The translations under genes and the position numbers were made by a program. Source: Spirochaetota bacterium (lineage in GTDB: Bacteria; Spirochaetota; UBA4802; UBA5550). Taken from it: a stretch of DNA of 64,000 nucleotides. Below the pieces are notes generated by a model. The model made no database searches, had not been told where the DNA came from, and was given only the letters and a program-made list of their open reading frames with translations. Numbering within the stretch: position 1 is the stretch's first letter; the number at the start of each line of letters is the position of its first letter. Location of the stretch: the NCBI GenBank assembly GCA_050298055.1, contig JBNKTL010000001.1, positions 133,659 to 197,658 on the forward strand. The letters run 5' to 3'. This document shows positions 60,001 to 64,000 of the stretch, piece after piece.

Positions 60001-61289
60001 ATCGTATCAACATCTTCATCAAGTTCGTATGCGGCACGGGCGTGGGCGGTTATTTCATCAAGAACGATGTCCGCATTAATGATCTTGCCGATAAATTTTC
60101 TCCCGGAACCTGTAGTGGATGTTCCGGTGATTTGGATTTGTATTTCCTGTTCATCCCGGATCCCGTCTATGGCGGAAAAAAGGGCCTGAACAGCCTGTAT
60201 GGGCCTTCCCGAGGTCCTGGTATAGAGTCCCGCAAGGACCTCCTTCTCCCGGTCAATGAGAACGGCTTTTGTACTGGTAGAGCCGATATCAATTCCCAGG
60301 TAGAGGTTGTAGCTTTTTCCCCTCACAAGCTCCGAATAGATATCCACTTCGATGTCAATGGAAAAGTCAGCAATTTTGGCCTTATAAATATATCTTTTTT
60401 CACTGTTAAACTCAGGGTAATCTGAAAGTTTTATGTCAAGGTTTGTATGATAGTAGTTCTTTTCGGATACTTTTGTCTTTACGATTTCAGCGGGTGTTGA
60501 AATCTCCATGGGCGCAGGTGTTTCTTCTTCGTTTATAAGGTTAAGTGCTGCGCCCATGGCGCCGAAGATATGGGAATCTTTGTGAATGGTGATATCGGTC
60601 CCGATAAGATTTGAGAGATGACCTGCAACGGCACTGTTCTTTGAGACACCGCCGGTAAAAACCAGTCTCTCAACGGGAGTGTTTCCGGAAAAAAGTGTAT
60701 CATATATACTCTTGGCAAGCCCGTATGAAAGTCCGTCACAGATGGATGCGAGAGAATATCCCTCCTGCTGGGCATGAATAAGGTCAGTCTTTGCGAATAC
60801 GGCACAGCGGGAAGCAATCCCGGGCAGGGGACCGTTATTGCTCAGAGATATTTGTGTAAACTCCTCTATGCTTTTGATATTGAGTCTCCTTGCCTGCTGG
60901 TCCAGGAAACTTCCGGTCCCCGCGGCACAGGAACTGTTGGACCTGTAGTTCAGATAATCTCCGTTTTCATCAAAAACAGCAAGCCCGAACTTCTCTCCTC
61001 CTACAATAAGCAGTGCGCTCACATCGCTGTAAAACATCTTTGCAGCTGAAATGTAGGCAATGCGTGAATCATAATCCCTGCTGGACTTCAGATATGAGGA
61101 TGCCGATGAGGTGGTTGCAATTCCTCTAACTCTTTTTAGTTCGTAATTTTCAAGGACATTCAGGAGTGTTTCTCTCACTTCACCGTGATGAAAGCAGTAG
61201 TTTGAATTAAGTATTTCATTGTCCGCACCCAGTTCAACAACTGAAAGTGCGATGGAACCGATATCGATCCCCAGTACTGTTTTGTTCAT
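57060..61289 (-). CDS. Fused 2-hydroxyacyl-CoA dehydratase activase (two BadF/BcrA ATPase domains plus DUF2229/dehydratase-like domains)
   Basis: Two GIDIGS...CAAGTGSF...RC.VF units; CALCNNSC; C-terminal CTPD and CCP motifs. Confidence 0.92.
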   Translation of the reverse strand: MNKTVLGIDIGSIALSVVELGADNEILNSNYCFHHGEVRETLLNVLENYELKRVRGIATTSSASSYLKSSRDYDSRIAYISAAKMFYSDVSALLIVGGEKFGLAVFDENGDYLNYRSNSSCAAGTGSFLDQQARRLNIKSIEEFTQISLSNNGPLPGIASRCAVFAKTDLIHAQQEGYSLASICDGLSYGLAKSIYDTLFSGNTPVERLVFTGGVSKNSAVAGHLSNLIGTDITIHKDSHIFGAMGAALNLINEEETPAPMEISTPAEIVKTKVSEKNYYHTNLDIKLSDYPEFNSEKRYIYKAKIADFSIDIEVDIYSELVRGKSYNLYLGIDIGSTSTKAVLIDREKEVLAGLYTRTSGRPIQAVQALFSAIDGIRDEQEIQIQITGTSTTGSGRKFIGKIINADIVLDEITAHARAAYELDEDVDTIIEIGGQDSKFTTLKNGMVTFSIMNNVCAAGTGSFIEEQAKKLDCPIEDYSRRALNSKAPLSSDRCTVFMERDLNHYISDGYERNEILASALHSVRDNYLSKVATEKNIGEKIFFQGATAKNRALVAAFEQKLEKPIMVSKYCHLTGALGSALTLHDNGIHETNFRGLKIYEKTIDTEYEVCALCNNSCKISLVNIDGEKVAYGFLCGRDYETKKFVKSETSGFDLLKTRNRVFRNNEKREVEDSPVVGIPAALHVTEDVELWERFFNLLSIKTVTSREYTKSISDGKKIAQAEFCAPMASLHGHIDYLNDRCDFIFLPTYIENRTGEKEVKRNYCYYTQFASSIILSNTQLKNRDKILTPVIKSLNSDFNIRFQLFNTVKKIKGKTPNFLNITSAYDRALKERNAAHSKLKSLFRKELKNSEKISVMLLGRPYSILDESMNSRIPDIFNRLGIKAFYQEMLEFDRDAIRPVEDLSDALHWRYASTIIEAAQQVAQTPGLYPVFLTSFKCTPDAFVVEYFKDIMDSYDKPYLILQLDEHNSNVGYETRIESCIRSFNNHHLKRKKQASVKSKIGNFNFLKGPASLKGKTLLIPNWDNFTCSLLEAVLKKEGVDARALEETEEKIQLGTGLNSGQCLPLSIIAYEAIDYINTHNLKPENCAIWAIDSKIACNLGMFSHFIKKTIHAYDEKFSDISVYAGEIVYHDISFNASLNSYLAYMFSGLIKKVGCSIRPYEKNKGDTNRVIETSRQILIDTFLTDRSKETAIEIILSLFDKIERTKTERPKVAVIGDLYVRDNDIMNQNLIEYIEEQGGEVITTPYNEFMKIIAETYLKKWMRQGKYLYAAKLKMIKTAVELVERKYNTLFNGFLNRKKHKVFSDPEKVLARMDVTRDQTGESVDNILKIFHLMEQHPDISLFVQTNPSYCCPSLVTEAMTERFEELTGVPIVTIEYDGTSGSKNNDIIPYIRYPRRKIKIAGNKAV

Positions 61290-61339
61290 GTTTTTTTCCT
61301 TCTTTCTATTTATTACCGAAGCTACATCCGTCTTACATG

Positions 61340-61915
61340 CTATGTTGCCGGAAGGTACTTTGCGAAAATGCTGTTTACCAGATAATCAATATCTTTTTCA
61401 ATGTTGCTAATGGAGATATCATCCAGACTCTTTCTTATGGAATCCTCGATTCCCCTGATTGTGAATAAAATGGTATTGATGATCCTTTTTTTCTCAAACT
61501 GAGAAAGTTTTATAGATGGCAGGGTGTCCAGGATCGAATTGATCGTTCTTTTTGTCATCCTGTCAAAATCTTCAAAGGCTTTCTTTATGCTTTTATCATT
61601 GCTGTTGAGCAGTTTGTCCGCAAGAAACGGCGTCTCCATGATCAGCTTTATCCTGCCATTAATTGCAGAGCTTAGTTTCTTAAAGGGATCTCCCGCGCTT
61701 GCCATTGAACGGGATATCAACTCGTCGAGCTGGGAAGCCCTTTTTTTAATTATCTCCTGGACGATCCCCTCTTTATTTCCGAAATAGTTATAGATTGTCC
61801 CCTTGGCGACATTTGCAAGCCGGGCAATCTCATCCACTGCCGTTTTCCTGGTCCCAAACCTGTTGAAAAGCGTTTCGGACACTCTAAGAATTTCCTCTTT
61901 TTTCCTCTTATTCAT
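61340..61915 (-). CDS. TetR/AcrR family regulator
   Basis: VDEIARLANVAKGTIYNYF.NKE; ATG 61915 with GAGGGG SD. Confidence 0.93.
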   Translation of the reverse strand: MNKRKKEEILRVSETLFNRFGTRKTAVDEIARLANVAKGTIYNYFGNKEGIVQEIIKKRASQLDELISRSMASAGDPFKKLSSAINGRIKLIMETPFLADKLLNSNDKSIKKAFEDFDRMTKRTINSILDTLPSIKLSQFEKKRIINTILFTIRGIEDSIRKSLDDISISNIEKDIDYLVNSIFAKYLPAT

Positions 61916-61925
61916 AATTCCCCTC

Positions 61926-61981
61926 TTTTGGACTATTGTACAAATATAGTCTAAAATAGCAAAAGGGGAGATTATTGTCAA
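61926..61981 (-). promoter_or_regulatory. Putative sigma70 promoter with overlapping TetR operator
   Basis: TTGACA (61981-61976), 17-bp spacer, TATTTT (61958-61953); inverted repeat TTTTGGACTAT-N9-ATAGTCTAAAA at 61926-61956. Confidence 0.65.
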
Positions 61982-61998
61982 ATACTAAAATGCTGTGT

Positions 61999-62062
61999 GG
62001 GGACATCTCAGTTATGTTTTTTGATGAAGCAGGATTATTCTTAAACATAGCTGAGTCGTTAC
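61999..62062 (+). repeat. Family A MITE-like element, copy 8 (right half only)
   Basis: GGGGACATCTCAGTTATGTTTTTT...AGCTGAGTCGTTAC. Confidence 0.8.
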
Positions 62063-62208
62063 AAATTGGCATGTTAACAAAAAATATTACTGATAGAATC
62101 CTATTATATTTTATAAATACTCAAATGAATAAAGTCTTGCAAAATTTTCCAGATGGGAGAATGGTGTTTTTTTATTGATGAGTATCACAATTTGCCGGAG
62201 GTCCGCAT

Positions 62209-62823
62209 ATGGGGAAATCTTCATTTTCTCTAGCTGCAATTATTCTTTTTTTTGTTTTTTTAATTATGTATTCATCGGTCCGCGCTGATATGGCATGTGA
62301 TAACTATGACCTGTACAGCTATCTGCAATCAAACTATTCTGCTTCAAGTTATTTGAAAGATAAAAAGGATCCCTACCGTTATGCTCCCCTGAAAGCCTTT
62401 GACGGTAAGCTTGAAACCTCCTGGGTGGAGGGAAAGAAAGGTGACGGTATTGGCGAAAAGCTTGCTTTTGAATTAAAGGATTCGCCTGTTAAGATAAGAA
62501 TTATGCCCGGTTTCGGGATGAAAAAGTATTTTAAAATGAACAACAGGGTGAAATCCGCCACTTTAACTGTTTATGCGATCAAAGCGGTGCTTGCACACCA
62601 GTGCGGTGAAGATTATATGATAGGGGATATTGTAACTCAAAAAAAACTGAATTTTAAAGACAGCATGACAATGCAGGAGTTTGAAACAGGTCTTTCCGGT
62701 ACTGAGCACAGGGGGATTGCTGAAAAAGGATTAATGGGTGTGTTAGAGATAAACTCGGTTTACAGAGGGAAAAAGTGGAGAGATACCTGTATCGCGGAGA
62801 TAATTTTTGTACAGGGAAAATAA
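62209..62823 (+). CDS. Exported discoidin-like/NADase-type glycan-binding domain protein
   Basis: Signal peptide; ASSYL, AFDG...TSWVEG..GDGIGE, NNRVK, Y.G.KW.DTCIAEI. Confidence 0.75.
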   Translation: MGKSSFSLAAIILFFVFLIMYSSVRADMACDNYDLYSYLQSNYSASSYLKDKKDPYRYAPLKAFDGKLETSWVEGKKGDGIGEKLAFELKDSPVKIRIMPGFGMKKYFKMNNRVKSATLTVYAIKAVLAHQCGEDYMIGDIVTQKKLNFKDSMTMQEFETGLSGTEHRGIAEKGLMGVLEINSVYRGKKWRDTCIAEIIFVQGK

Positions 62824-62902
62824 CATGAAAAAACGGGAAAGAGCTGATACAGGTTTTGACGCTTGATCACGCGACCGTGTAATCCCCAGTAAATTATTAT
62901 TT

Positions 62903-63571
62903 ATGGTTATTGAAAACATAAAACGCACTCTGCAGAAGAAAAAAAAAGCTGTCATTATACGCCATGCTGAAAGATACTCAATTGAAAATATGCTCAACGC
63001 CTTTGAAGCGGAACTTACGGAAAAAGGTATTCAGGACGCGTTTCAATTTGGCAGAGATATTTCAGATATCGTTGATCCGGGAAATAAGAGAACACTTCTC
63101 CTTTATCACAGTCCTATAAAAAGATGCATTCAGACAGTTGAGTCAATAAAGAAGGGTCTGGGGAATGCCGGGCATACCGGCAGCATAGCCGGTAACATGT
63201 TTGAGCTTGGCGGTCCCTTCATAACGGGAAACTGGAATGAGATTGTCGAAGAAATTGAAAAACATGAATACGAAGTCTTCATTCGGAAGTGGTTTAATAA
63301 TGATTATCCTCGTGATCTTGTTATGCCCCTCAAAGAGTCGGCCCATACTATTACCGGGGCATTGCTGGAGAGATTGAATGGAGATAATATATTTACCATT
63401 AATGTCACCCATGATCTGAATATCCTGGTGTTGAGGGAGTATTTTTTTCACATCAGCCATGAGGAACGGGGACTTCCCGGTTTCCTTGACGGTATTGTTC
63501 TTTACAGGGAAAATGAGAGCCTGCATCTTCTTTACAATGACCTGGAGGTAAGTGTAGACCTGCCGTTTTAG
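62903..63571 (+). CDS. Histidine phosphatase family protein
   Basis: RHAER, SPIKRCIQT, THD. Confidence 0.88.
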   Translation: MVIENIKRTLQKKKKAVIIRHAERYSIENMLNAFEAELTEKGIQDAFQFGRDISDIVDPGNKRTLLLYHSPIKRCIQTVESIKKGLGNAGHTGSIAGNMFELGGPFITGNWNEIVEEIEKHEYEVFIRKWFNNDYPRDLVMPLKESAHTITGALLERLNGDNIFTINVTHDLNILVLREYFFHISHEERGLPGFLDGIVLYRENESLHLLYNDLEVSVDLPF

Positions 63572-63660
63572 TACTTCGACGACGTGATTTTTAATTATTA
63601 TGATTGTTAATATCCAACTATTAAGAGAATTTTATCGGTGTAAAAATCACGCGGGTTAAG
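63571..63660. repeat. Family D module, further copy
   Basis: GTACTTCGAC-GA-CGTGATTTTTA...TAAAAATCACG-CGGG, matching 38289-38330. Confidence 0.65.
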
Positions 63661-63912
63661 CAAAAATCAATGCCCGCTCACTATGCGCGCGACCACGCCC
63701 ACCCCCTTCAGGGGCAGACAAGGGAAACCGCTCCCTTCCACCCGCTGAAATCCAGCCGGCGGGAGAGCTCCAATCCCTTTATTTTCAATGCCTTCGAAAC
63801 GCCCCATCCCACTAAAAACAAAGCACTTGGGGGCATAAACGATGGGAACTTTTATCACAGGGCCCAAATCATGTCAAGTTAATTCGCGACTTTTCAAAGG
63901 CCCAATATCCTT

Positions 63913-64000
63913 TCAGCTATTTCCCTCCGGGGGCAGTGTTTTCTGCCGGATTTCCACCGCATAGGCGTGCGCGTCGAGGCCCTCCATGGTGGCCAGGGTG
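63913..64000 (-). CDS. hisD: Histidinol dehydrogenase, C-terminal fragment
   Basis: Hand translation ...TLATMEGLDAHAYAVEIRQKTLPPEGNS*, matching the HisD C-terminal LA..EGL.AH..AV..R motif. Confidence 0.8.
   Translation of the reverse strand, partial: TLATMEGLDAHAYAVEIRQKTLPPEGNS

Noticed and set aside
17631..63882. Short ORFs over repeats or intergenic DNA (17631-17819, 31251-31538, 37504-37710, 61975-62178, 63667-63867, 63670-63882)
   Set aside because: They read through repeat elements or spacers and lack SD sites or motifs; likely spurious.
1..64000. CRISPR array, cas genes, integron, prophage, transposase, rRNA or tRNA
   Set aside because: The repeats are dispersed and palindromic, not regularly spaced direct repeats. 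I recognised no cas, integrase, transposase or phage ORF and saw no tRNA or rRNA signature by eye.

Overview
Chromosomal window (roughly mid-40s %GC, AT-rich intergenic regions). It most likely comes from an anaerobic Spirochaetota related to the Leptospira lineage. This is an inference from a spirochete-type L34 C-terminal extension, a SpiroCoCo-like coiled-coil protein, several Leptospira-like proteins, a class II LysRS, and a dehydratase activase plus DUF362 Fe-S protein. It carries origin-region housekeeping genes (rpmH-rnpA-yidD-yidC-jag-mnmE-parA, and a separate inverted mnmG-rsmG pair with two perfect parS palindromes inside coding sequence). It also carries an Rrf2-cysK-metY-mnmA sulfur operon divergent from a DUF2318/ABC operon, xseA-xseB-rtcB, signalling and envelope genes, lysS and the 3' end of hisD. 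I found no transposase, integrase, CRISPR, rRNA or tRNA. The structure the genes do not explain lies in the intergenic DNA, which holds at least four families of non-autonomous palindromic elements. One is a ~138-bp MITE-like family with 8 copies. Another carries nested modules whose hairpin loops read (C)AGGA(A/U/G)G on the minus strand, like CsrA/RsmA-binding sites. Also notable are an apparently obligatory non-canonical (CTG) start for a carboxyltransferase and an MnmA lacking the usual second-motif cysteine.
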